This document shows, piece after piece, positions 53,040 through 64,000 of a stretch of DNA of 64,000 bases. A model generated the notes under the pieces. That model was given only the letters and a program-made list of their open reading frames with translations. It did no database searches and was not told where the DNA came from. The stretch is from the human T2T-CHM13v2.0 reference genome, Homo sapiens. Numbering within the stretch: position 1 is the stretch's first letter; each line of letters opens with the position of its first letter. Position numbers and translations under genes: made by a program. The DNA is taken from the NCBI RefSeq assembly GCF_009914755.1, contig NC_060935.1; one strand, written 5' to 3'.

Positions 53040-53190
53040 TATAATGACAGCATTAGATACAGATTCAGAATCCTGGGCCTTGAGCCACTGCTTTGCTAGC
53101 TTACTAAATTATCTGAACTTCAGTTGCTTCATCTGCAAGATGGGGATGATGATAACTACCTCAGCATGTGGTCCTGAAGATTTACTCATT
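53040..53190 (+). mobile_element. MIR
   Basis: cttcagttgcttcatctgcaagatggggatgatgataactacctca. Confidence 0.8.
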
Positions 53191-53500
53191 TAATTTAAAA
53201 GTATTTACTGAGAAGCTACTTTGCACTGTGCTGGACACTTAGGGTGTAATAGTATCAATCCCTGTCCTAACACAATTTACAGTCTAGTAGGAGACATAGG
53301 CAGATACAAAGAAAATTACAAGAGTGTGGCAATTGCTATGATGGTGGCAATGCAGCACTGTAGGAATACATAAGAATGAGAACTAATCCGAAAGAAGTGG
53401 TGATATCTAAAACAAAAGACAGAGTATGGGCAGAACTTTTCTAGGCAAAGATGGGCAGAAGACAGTCCCAGGAGAATTGAAAAAATATATTCTAAGGCCT
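53186..53500 (-). mobile_element. L2 3' region
   Basis: gtatttactgagaagctact...tttacagtctagtaggagac. Confidence 0.7.
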
Positions 53501-54009
53501 AGAAATAACAATGGATAAATAAATACGTAAATTTAATGGAAATTAAGTAGTTTTAAAGTGATTGAACACATTTATCCAAACTGTACTAGAACACATGTAC
53601 CCAAACTGTACTACTTACTAAGGCCCAAATGTTATAAGACTTTGTATTAAGTTATAATATACTCAAAATTTTACTTGATGACATATAAAGATGCAAAATG
53701 TTCATTTGTCAAAATTTGCTAATAATGGGTAGTGGAAAGAGCCTATGAATACATTGAATAATGTATCCGAAGATATCTTGGTATTTCAGATTCTAAAAAA
53801 AAAAAATAAGCAACATCTTTTTAAGTTTCTTGTCATCCTGAGTCATTTTCCTTATTTTTGCTGCTTCCAAATGCCCAGAGTTAGATGATGCATGGGCCAT
53901 GCCCATTTTACAGCATTGCTTTGTGGCCAGATACAACTGCACACATAAAAACACAAGGAAGACGTGGCATGGGGGCCATATTTTAGGCGTTTTGTGGCCA
54001 GGAAGCTCA

Positions 54010-54700
54010 TTATAAAAGAACAGTGGGTTGTGACAATGGTGTGGTAGAAGGGTAATATATAGGAGTAAGAGTTCCCGGTCTCACTCTATTTTGAGGTAGT
54101 GGCACCACCCAGATATTGTATTCAGCTGTGGGTATCACACTTTAAGAGGGCTATTGAGGATCTGGAACCCGTTCACCGTCAGGATGTAGAGAAGACTTGA
54201 CAGTCTCAGGAGTAATGATGGAAGTAAAAGGGCAGCTTATTTGGAGGAGATGAACATAACAAGACAGGATATCTGTCTTCAAATAGAAAAGCAACAGTCA
54301 TATGAAAAGAAGCACATTTACTCTCTGTGGCTCTGAAGTGTCACAGAGAACCACAGGAGAAATACTAATGAAAAAATTTCAGCTCAGTTAAAAGGATCAC
54401 TTTATAATCATGAAATCCGGCCAGAGATGGAATAAGTTATTTATAAAGGGTGAGCTCTCTATTACTGTGTAAGCAGATAATGGATAGCTTACTAAATTAT
54501 CTGAACTTCAGTTGCTTCATCTGTAAGATGGGGATGATGATAACTATACCAAGATTCAATACTAACCTATAGGATATAGGTCTACCTATACTAAGATTCA
54601 ATAAGATCTTAGCATCTTAGGTGATAATATAAAAAAAATTCTAGCATCATATGAATAATTAGACTATACAAACTCTAAGTTTTCTTCCCAATCAAAGATG
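54010..54700 (+). mobile_element. CR1/L3 3' region, interrupted at about 54485-54605
   Basis: tattgtattcagctgtgggtatcacactttaagaggg...tgtcttcaaata...tttcagctcag...ggtgagctctct. Confidence 0.7.
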
Positions 54701-54820
54701 CTGGTATATTTAGAGAAAATAATAATTACAATATCATTATTATCACAATATCATTATTTTCTCTGAATACGTCAGACAAATATACATTATATATTTGTAT
54801 ATTTTTATTATTTTAAAACA

Positions 54821-54894
54821 TATTTTCTCTGAATATACCAGACAAATATATAATGTATATCATGTATATTTGTCTGGTATATTCAGAGAAAATA
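54821..54894. repeat. Perfect inverted repeat, 30-bp arms, 14-nt spacer
   Basis: tattttctctgaatataccagacaaatata (54821-54850) is the exact reverse complement of 54865-54894. Confidence 0.95.
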
Positions 54895-54964
54895 ACAATA
54901 GCAATATCATTATTATTATCATCACCAAAAACAACAAAGATCAAAATCCATTTTACTCTCTGGA

Positions 54965-55220
54965 GAGAAACTGTCCAATAGAGTAGTCACTAGCCGCAAG
55001 TACTGTTGAGCACGTGAAATATACCTGATCTAATGTGAGCTATGCTGTATATGTAAACTACAGACCAGATTTAATAATTCTTTACGTAGATTACATGTTG
55101 AAATAATATTTGGAATGTATTTGAGTTAAATAAAATATACTATTAAAATTAATTTCACTTGTTTCTTTTTATTTGTTTAATGTGGTTACTAGAAACTTTA
55201 AAATTACATATGTGGCTGGC
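54965..55220. mobile_element. MER33 (hAT-Charlie)
   Basis: ctgtccaatagagtagtcactagcc...gattacatgttgaaataatatttgg...aaaattacatatgtggct. Confidence 0.8.
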
Positions 55221-55819
55221 CAGAATGGAGACCATTATTCCCAGCTTGCCTCAAGTTAAAATCACTTCCCACATGCACAGTCTTGAGATAGAGCTTTTCT
55301 TAGGCTTCTCCACACTCCCTGGGGCAGGTTATGGGCCTACAGGAAAACCAGACCATGAAACCCGGTAGCCTGGGCCTTGCACCAAACCTGACTATAAACC
55401 ATGTCGGGGAACAAACTGTGCTGAACTCAGAAACAAGCCCAAAGAGATCAAAAGGCTTCAATCTCTTAAAATACTCAGCTGAAATATGACCAAGAAATGC
55501 CTTCGGATTGGAATTGAACCTACCTACATATTTCCTAAAACTAGTGAACAACCGTGTCACACTGAGCCAACATTAATTGGATTTGGGAACTTGCTTGCAA
55601 CCAAGTACAAAATATTTACCAATCCTGTGTATTTTGGCTTCTGGCATAGAGTCTGCTTTTATAGCAAAATGAGTAAAGTCAGCACTCTTTTCTACTAAGT
55701 AAGCATAAATGGTTGTTCACCGTTCACAAGTAGGCGGAACTGCCGTATCCACATTGAGACAACCTGAACAGATGGGGTGACCTTTTAACATGCTGTCAGA
55801 CTGCGAGGCCAAAGACCTC

Positions 55820-56035
55820 GAGGTTGAAGAGTATGCCTTGGGAGTCAGAAGAACCTGTGTTTAAGCTGCTGTGTTTCCTGCTGACTGCTGTAGAACCCGA
55901 TGCAAGTTATGTAATTCTTCTAAATCCTCAGTCTCTGCATCTATAAAGTAGACATAACACCCACTACTTCATAACTTCATATAGGTATTGCAAGGAGTTA
56001 ATGATTATATGTGTGTATATATGACACTTAGTATT
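55820..56035 (+). mobile_element. MIR
   Basis: ggagtcagaagaacctgtgtttaag...cctcagtctctgcatctataaa. Confidence 0.75.
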
Positions 56036-56114
56036 ATGTCTTCTCATCACCCTCATTCTCATTCTCACCATTGTCCCCAATTAGACTATGAGCTCCTTAG
56101 GGTCAGGGCAGGCC

Positions 56115-57100
56115 TTCATTCAGTCATCATTCAACAACTGTCTATTGAGAGCTGGCTGTGTATCAGTTCTGTCCTGGGTGCTGGACATATGGAAGGGACA
56201 AGACTAGCAAAGTCTCTAAGTTGTCAGAGTTTATATTTTACTGGAAAATCATACATTAACTAGTTTGCAAATAAATACATAATTTCAGCAATAATAAGTG
56301 GTAAGAAGGAAGACAGAGCAGCATAAGGGAGCAGGGGAGGATGTGGAGGAGGATGAGGGATAGCTTCATCAGCAGCAAGCATGCCAGGGTGGCTCCTCTG
56401 CACAGGGATTTGAATGAAGTGAGGAAGAAAATATGGAGAAGGTCTGAAGGAAGCACGTTCCAGAAAAGGAAGGAGCAAGTACATAGGGGGAAAGAGCTTG
56501 GTGCTTTGAAGAATAGCAAGAATGAACAGAATTGGTGAAACAAACTGGGCAAAGTGGGAGATGTGATCAAACGGTTGGTTTTGGCAAGATGGAAATCACT
56601 GATGACCTTGATCAGAGCATTTCTAACAGAGTTTGCGATATAAATGTGACTGGTGTCAGCTAAAGGGAATATGGGAGGGAAGGAGTTAGAGACAGATATA
56701 CCATATTATATAATACACTGTTTTGGAGAGCTTTGATGTAAGCAGAGGCAGAGAAATGGGTCAATAGCTAAAATGGGAGCTACTGAAGCGAGTTGTCTGT
56801 AATTGAGAATGATTCTGTAGAGAAGGAGAAACTGTCTCTGCAGGAGAGAGAGGGAATAACTTCAGGACAGCTACAGGAGCAAAGTCCTGGAGAAGATGAA
56901 AGAGGACAGGAGCCAGTTCATATGGAGAAAGCCTGGCTCCTGGTAGCAGCAGGACCTGTTTCTGCATCCAACAGAAAAACAGGCAGAATATGTGGGCTTG
57001 AATGCAGGCAAGGTTGCCAGTTAGTGGTGAGTAGATGAGAGAGGTTTGATGGCTTCCATTCTCTTAGGAGCTAAGGAGGGGCTAAGAGGGAGGAAGGGGT
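56115..57100 (-). mobile_element. L2 fragments
   Basis: cattcaacaactgtctattgag...gttccagaaaag; ggaaatcactgatgaccttgatcagagc. Confidence 0.75.
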
Positions 57101-59239
57101 TGTGGAGGTCACAGTTGCCATCTTACCTCTTGCATTGAAAGTGGTGCCTATGCAAAGGCTCTCAGAAGTCTTGTTGACTATCCAAAAGAGTTTCAGCTAT
57201 ATGACCCACAGGAAGAGAAAACACGCACTTCCCTTCCAGCTTTCTTCCCACCTTTCCCCTGCCTTTTTATTCTCTCCTGCACCTGCTGAGCTTGGCTTAT
57301 GCAGTTGTCATTTCAGCTCAGGTCAACAAGCACATAAGTGCTTGTTCCATGACATGCCTGTGCTGGGTATGGCCATATGGAGTTGAATCCATTGACATAG
57401 TTGATGCCTGCTGAGGCCACCCTCTTGTCTAGCTGTCTAAAAAGTAAGCAAAAGGTTACAATCCTGAAGATACATGCTTTGGTGAGAGTCCTAATGAGGG
57501 TGCCCTAGCCATTTGGATTATCACTGAAGAATTTTCCTGACCTGAGTCTCCATCCCTCTCCAAGTGTCTCTGCCCTTGTCTTCTCCAGCCATTGTCCTTC
57601 ACTTTTAATGCCCTTCTCAGATCCCACCTCCCCAGTCAAAAGTGATCTCTCACCATCCTGAGTTTTTAAAGGACATGTCATGGTGCCTCATCCAGCTGCC
57701 CAATACCAAGTCCTTCCCTTAGGAGAGGTGTCACTGGTATCTGCAATTTGCCTCCAAGCCAGAACTGTGGATAGGAAGGTTCAGAGCTCTCCTTGCAGCT
57801 ACCAACTCAGCAGAGTGTCAGGGCTGTGGGGGAAGGGTTACAGTGGGAGATGAGGGGAGGGGCCAGGGTTAGGATCCCATCCAGATTCTTCTTGTGCGGC
57901 TCTGTGGAGCTCTGCTGAGTGCTCAAGTTTCACTTAAGATGCTTGAATAAAGAACTGGAGCTGCTGTCCCGTGGGGAGGCCGTGGGCAAGGCAAACATGC
58001 TGTCTGGCACATTCACTTAAGGGAGAACAAGGGTGAGGGTTGTACGGCTGTTTTGCAGGATAAATCACCAAATCACTTGCTTGTTTTCAAGTAAGTAAAA
58101 CAGGCCAGAGGTTTTGCAGAGGGTCCTGAAGCCCAGGGAGCATCATTAAAAGAGCTCTGGTATGTCTTTTGCTCAAGCCATGGCAAATACTTACTGTGTT
58201 CTCTTACGGCTATAATTTTTAAAACATGCTTGGAAAGGTCCACGCACATCCATACAATGCCATTGACAAGGGCGCATGGGTTCTTTCTGCCTCCTACCCC
58301 ATGTAAGAAAGGCAGTTTAGCCTGAGCATGCTAGGGAAGATTATTTCCTCCCTTGTTCACCTTTTTCTCTCCTCCTTTGTCTTCTCCTACCTGACAAAAG
58401 AAATGCCTCAGAAGAAACCAACAGACTTGAAAGGTTAAGAATAAAAATAATATGGAAAATTTTTTTCTGAGTCAAGTTCATTTTGAGATTAGACTAAAGG
58501 TATAGACATTTGGTGTGCTGACTTTACTGGCATGATAGCCCAGGGCTGGGCGCCAAGGGTGAGCTCATGCAGTGATTTCTTTACCTACACAAGACTGCAG
58601 CTAAAAGCAAAATGCAATCCAAATCACGTCACTAAATAGGCTATGAGAGTGTGAGGCTGAGCCAGTCTTTCTTTAAAACTATAATTGCTTCTCCACCCCA
58701 CACCCTTTCTCCTCATCCAAAGGCATAGGATAGGAATTTCCATGCCATTCCCGAAACATTTCAGATGAAAAAATATTTTAAGTGGTGGAACATGACAAAA
58801 CTGTCTAATGGATATGAAGGTAAGTATGTAAATTATAAAATCCACTTCTATCTTGTTCTGAAACAACATAAAAATGATACGTTTCTTATCCAGATAGAAA
58901 CTAAAAATCACTACTGCTGCAACATTCAAGTAATCTCCAATAAACACTTGGATCTCCCTGAACATGTACAAAGCCCATTTCAGGTGTACTAATTCCCAAC
59001 CAGGATAGAAAGTAGTAGATTATACTACCTGCTTCACATTGCAGTCTCCATACTGAAAGTTGACATGTTTCTGTGATTTAAGTATCCAGAAAAATGGAAA
59101 CATAAAGTGAAAGTCACATCTTTTTTCATATTCTTTTCTGCAGAAAGCCTTTGGTTGTCCTAAAATGTGCGACTTTGTTTCTCATTCTTCTCACAGCCAC
59201 CTTTCTGTAGCTTGAATAAATGCTTTTGTTTTCTGAGAC

Positions 59240-59355
59240 ATACCCTGAGGGGCCTGGAAATATAAGAACCTAAGAATTTAAGTTTGGGTACCTGGCATAT
59301 AAGAGGTACTCCATAAATGACTGTTGGACAATGAATGTATGAATGCATGAATTGA
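59240..59355 (+). mobile_element. L2 3' end
   Basis: gtacctggcatataagaggtactccataaatgactgttgg...gaatgcatgaa. Confidence 0.65.
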
Positions 59356-60639
59356 TCATCTTGGATATTTTACGATAATGACTACCTAAAATCATATAAA
59401 GGTTGCTCTCCCTGAGATAGAATACAAAATAAAAATAAAAAATAATATAAAGGTAGCATAGAAGTACCCATTCTTAGATGACAGATCAATTCTAGACCCT
59501 GAAGAGCAACATGGAAGTGTGTCCGTGGTATGGGGAGCAACATAGAGGATGCCCTGCCATCTCACACACTCTCTTTTGGTGTCATTTTAAGAGTCTCAAC
59601 ACAGCTGCAACCATTGGCCTGACTTAACATGCCCAGTTTTCTGTCCTTAGGGGCCACATCTGAGGTCTGGTGGGAGTCAAACTTTCAGAAGAATTAAGTT
59701 TCCAATCAACATCTCAGTAGAAAAGCCTGGAGCTTCCCTTTCGTAGTCTCATGGTCTTCCCAAGTGTCTATGATAGTTTCCATTTTATCCACTGAGGCAG
59801 AGAGATGCTCGGCTGACTCTATCTCTGCCCAAGGGCTATGTCTTTCAGGAAGAAGGACAAGGCCTTGGCTAACCACCTCTGCCCTCGCCCTATAAGATCT
59901 TGATTCCCATTGGTAGAAGGAAATGCGACCATTTTCTCTGTTTAACACACTTGGGGCTCTTGGCTTGGTTACTGCACTGTCCATCCATGATGAACAAGAA
60001 AGGTCTCAGGAAGCCTGCTTAACAATGTTAATTCTGTGGATTCTCTCTTTCTCTTACCTTAATGATTCCTTGAGTGATTCCAAAGCTTCCTAGGTTGATT
60101 TTTTTAAAAAAACAAAAAGACTTATCTAGTCCAGTTGAAAAGCATAACCAATTCACTCATTGTCTCTTCCTCACATCTCCTCCATGAGCTGGGCTTGAGG
60201 AATTGGAGTGGAAAGCAAGCCTGCTTATTCCTGTTTTTTCCTACTCTGTCTCCTTAGAGATTGGGGGAAAGGGTAGTCAATATCTGGTTCCAGGACACCT
60301 TTCCTAGTTCTCTTTTCACGGCTTAAGGTGTATGGTGTTTGAGGCTGCTTGTGAGAGCAAGGAAAATGGAGCCCCTGGTGGTGGTCCCTGCCTGATGGAT
60401 GAATTATTTCACTCATACTGACCATGTGGCTGGCATCCTCTGTGTGGCACAAACACTTACGTTTGGCCCCTGGAGGGTACATGTATCTAGTCCTTAAAGG
60501 GTCTGGTAGGTCTCCCCACACAGCCCAGTTTCCTCACACAATTCAGGTCTATGCATTGTTCTAATCAGGAAAGAGTCCCGTAGAGGCAGAAACTAGTTCT
60601 GAACACGTCACCATCGTGAGCTGTGGAATACAGTAGCTG

Positions 60640-61050
60640 AGGCAATTAGCACTGTAGTTAGAGACAGAGGTCCATTGCATTTTCACCACTTACTTAACAA
60701 CTCTGAGCCTTACTTTTTCCATCTATAAATCGGGGAAAATTATGTTTATGGAGTTATAATGAGAAGGACCATAGGCTTGTGAAGTTTCACTACCTGGGTT
60801 CAAATCCCAGATCCAGCGGTTAGTTCCTACCTGTGTAATATTAGGTAGAGCTTACTTTTGAGACTGCTTTTTCATCTGTAACATGAAAATAGTATTTTTA
60901 ACTCTCTTGTAAGGAAGACATAAGAATTAAATGAGTAACAATATGGAATGTTATCTGGAACAGTATGTGAGACAGGGCGTGTCTGTTATTGTTATTAAAT
61001 ATGCACGAAAAGTGCTTAGCTTGAAGCCTGGCTCCTGCTAGCTGTAATTA
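60640..61050 (+). mobile_element. Two MIR copies
   Basis: ctctgagcct...catctataaatcggg; cctgggttcaaatcccag...catctgtaacatg. Confidence 0.7.
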
Positions 61051-61689
61051 CGGAGCTGAGAAGGGAATATCAAGTACTAGGCCCCTGTACTAAGGTTGGT
61101 ATTAACATAGAATATGCCTCTCCTTACTCTCTTGCTTGGCTTTAAACATTTCCTTGGCCCTTGCCAATGCTCTTTCCACCATGTTCATGCCTCTTTGGAT
61201 TTGTCAGCTTCCTCAGGTCTGCCTGAGAACTCAAGAGCCTGCACAAGCCCAAGCAGTGCTATTTCTGCCTTGGGAGCCAACCCCATCCACCTCCGGCTGA
61301 GTTACCAGAAATAATCCACTGTTTGCCCAGAGGGCAGACCTCTGTTTATCCCATAGTCAGACTCTAAAGGCTTCCACTCAGCAGATTTCCTCTCTGTCTG
61401 AGAGCTCAGGCCCAGTCAGTCACTGGTATTTCTGCAACATCCCCCATGTGGGATCAGACACATATCTTAGGCAACTGATTTGTCAGCAACCAGCCTTGTA
61501 CTTTGAGTTGTTTTTCTAGTGTGGATATAAATTAATACCTCTTCACCCACATTCTCAGATTCAGACTTCCTTATGACCAAGAGGCCTAATAGCCTCTTCA
61601 TTGTCTGAACCATGCCTGCCAGTCCCGCCTTATCTCCCCTGAACTCCAGTCAAAACAAATGACAGATACAGAAGGCACCATACTCCCCA

Positions 61690-62082
61690 TACCTCCAGGG
61701 CTTCACAAATGCTTCCCCTCCCTCTGCACAGAACCTCCCTCCCTGCCATTACTTCCACCCCTGATGAGCTTCTATTTATCTTTCGGAATCCAGTTGAGCT
61801 TGTACTCAGTCTTTTAGAACTTACCCTCCCTGGGACCACTTCAGAGTGTTGCCTTTTATTGCTTTCCCAGTTGGGTAAGGCACTCTTCTTGACTCTCCCC
61901 TACATTGTGGCTTACGCCTATTACTATGTTATGTTTAAGTTATATTTTGTTTTTCCCACAAGACTGTGAATTCTTTACAGGCAGTTATTTATGTTGTGTA
62001 ACTCTGTATCCCTACTACAGAGTCTGTAGCAATACACTTGTATAGAGTTGGTATTAAACAAAAAAATTGAACCCTGAATGAA
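61690..62082 (+). mobile_element. L2 3' region
   Basis: ctccagggcttcacaaatgc...agactgtgaattctttacaggcag. Confidence 0.6.
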
Positions 62083-62299
62083 TTTTCAAGATGGCTGCCT
62101 AGGGTAGCTCTGTTGACTTGTAGCTCAAAGAACAAAAAATACAATAAAAAAAGAAACTGACCTCCACCATAGAACTCACTAATGTACACTGGATACCCAG
62201 GGAAAACAAAGTGAGCTTTCCAGCCATAGAGATGGCTCTGTGAAGAGATACACAAACCATCATGTCATGTCATTCTTTCTTCTTTCTTGATGTTTCAGG

Positions 62300-63350
62300 A
62301 TTCCTTCTTTTATCATTTCTATTCTGTGTATATAACTTTCTTTAGCCATTCTTTTAGGGTATGTCTGCTTGTGATAAATTCTATTTGTTTTCCTTCATCT
62401 GAGAATGCCTTGATTTCTTCTTCATTTCTGAAGGATGTTTTCCCTAGATATAGAATTCTGTTTTAAAATTTTTCTTTTGGCACTTAAAAAAAGTTGTATC
62501 ACTTTCTTTTCAACTTCATGATTTCTGAAGAGAAATTCTCTGGCATTTTAATTGTTTTTCCCCTGTAGGCAATGTCTCATTTTTCTCTGGTTGCTTTCAA
62601 GATGTTTTCTTTGTATTTAGTTTTCAGAAGTTTGACTATGATGTGTCTTGGCATGGATACCTTTGGGTTTATCTTGTTTGGATTTCACTCAGCTTCTTGA
62701 ATCTGTAGGATTAGGAATATATTTTTCCTAAATTTGAGGAAATTTCGGTCATTATGTCTTTGACATTTTTTTCAGCCTTACATTCTTTCTCTCTTCTTCT
62801 GAGACTTCAAGGATATCCATGTTAGATATTCAGTTATAGCCTTTATGTCCCTGGGGCTCTATTTGTTTTTGTGTAATTTATTTTTCCTATTGTTCAGATT
62901 GAGTAATTAATGCCATTGTTCTATCCAAAAATTCACTGATTCATCTTTCTGCCCTTTTAATTCTACTGTTAAACCCATTCACTGAGGGTTTTTTTTTTTT
63001 TTCAGTTTTAAAATTTTTTAGTTCTAAAATTTCTACTTGATTCTTCTTTATGTCTTTTATATAATTGCTTTTACTTCTTTTTCTTTATTTTATGCATGTT
63101 TGTAACTGGTCTTTCAAGAATTTTATGATAGTTGTTTTAAAATCCTTGTCAAATAATTCCACATCTGTGTCTTCTTGGTGTTTGCATCTGTTGATTGTCT
63201 TTTTTTATTCAAGGTGTAGTTTTCCTGGTTCTTGGTATAGTAAGTGATTTTTTCAGTTAAAATCTGGACCTTTTGGGTGCTATGTCATAAGACTGCATCT
63301 TTTTTTTCGTCTTCTGATTTAACAGGCTTCCTCAGACACAGTGCTGGTGA
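62300..63350 (-). mobile_element. Old L1M 5' region/ORF1 fragment
   Basis: T-rich; ttctctggttgctttcaagatg...agtttgactatgatgtgtcttgg...ctcagcttcttgaatctgtagg. Confidence 0.8.
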
Positions 63351-64000
63351 AGTAAGCAGTTCAAATACAGCACAAAAGTAAATTTACAGCTTTGAGCGCT
63401 TAACTAGAATAAAATATCTAAAATCAATAAACAAAATTTTTGCCTTAGGAAGTTAGGAAAAGGAGAGAAAATAAATAGAAGAAAATAAATATTAAAGATA
63501 AGAACAGAAAACAAACACTATAGAAAATTAACAAAGTCAAAAGCTATTCTTTAAAAAAATCAATAAAACTCTCAAACACCTAGGTAGACAAGAAAGAAGA
63601 GAAAGAAAGAAAGAGACAGAGAGAAAGGAAGGAAGGAAGGAAAATGGAATCATCATTACCAATCTGACAGATATTAGAAGAATAATAAGAGAATACTGTA
63701 AACAGTATTAGGCCAAAAAGATGACAATTTAGACAAAACAGGTAAATTTCTTTGAAAACATAATTTATCTAAACTGACAACTAAAAGAAAAAATCTGAAT
63801 AGTGATATATCTATTAAAGAAATTGAATTCATCAAAAATATTCCAAAATAAAATTTCTGGTTCCAGACAGTTTCATTAGTAAATTAATTATATTAAAATA
63901 TAAGAAATAAATAACACCAATACTACTGAAACTTTTTCAGGAAATAAAGGATAAGAAAACATCATTCAAATTATTTTATGAGGCCAGTATAATTCTAACA
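63351..64000 (+). mobile_element. Old L1M ORF2 fragment (runs off the window end), containing a (GAAA/GGAA)n tract at about 63590-63642
   Basis: A-rich; gaaattgaattc; ttttatgaggccagtataattcta reads FYEASIIL of L1 ORF2. Confidence 0.82.

Noticed and set aside
53097-54920. Short repeats as a CRISPR-like or regularly spaced array
   Set aside because: Eukaryotic context, only 2-4 irregular copies in mixed orientation, no constant spacers
58765-58819. 55-nt candidate exon ending in AAG|GTAAGT
   Set aside because: The acceptor lacks a real pyrimidine tract; likely chance

Overview
This looks like primate (human-like) non-coding genomic DNA. It is AT-rich and CpG-depleted, and I see no CpG island, supported protein-coding exon, RNA gene or CRISPR-like array. 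Much of the window is interspersed repeat: Alu J/S elements (most with readable target-site duplications), L1 fragments of many ages, many L2 and MIR copies, CR1/L3, MaLR LTRs (MLT1, MST), a decayed ERVL provirus nested in ERVL LTRs at about 7.9-13.2 kb, an LTR10-type solo LTR, and DNA transposons (Arthur1/MER69, MER5A, MER33, MER115, Tigger3). The supplied ORFs are repeat-derived or chance frames. I did not find a new gene system. The most unusual signals are structural: (i) a recent templated-insertion scar at 54.5-54.9 kb, with a 62-bp 61/62-identical copy of sequence 1.4 kb upstream, short direct and inverted copies, and a perfect 30-bp-arm palindrome; (ii) an in-register array of p53 half-sites upstream of CCAAT/TATA in the LTR10-like LTR, with candidate non-coding exons downstream; (iii) an inverted ERVL body nested inside two split LTRs; (iv) chimeric, inverted or transduced retrotransposition events with flanking TSDs. 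Repeat subfamily names come from remembered consensus sequences, and the boundaries of old repeats are approximate (tens of bp).
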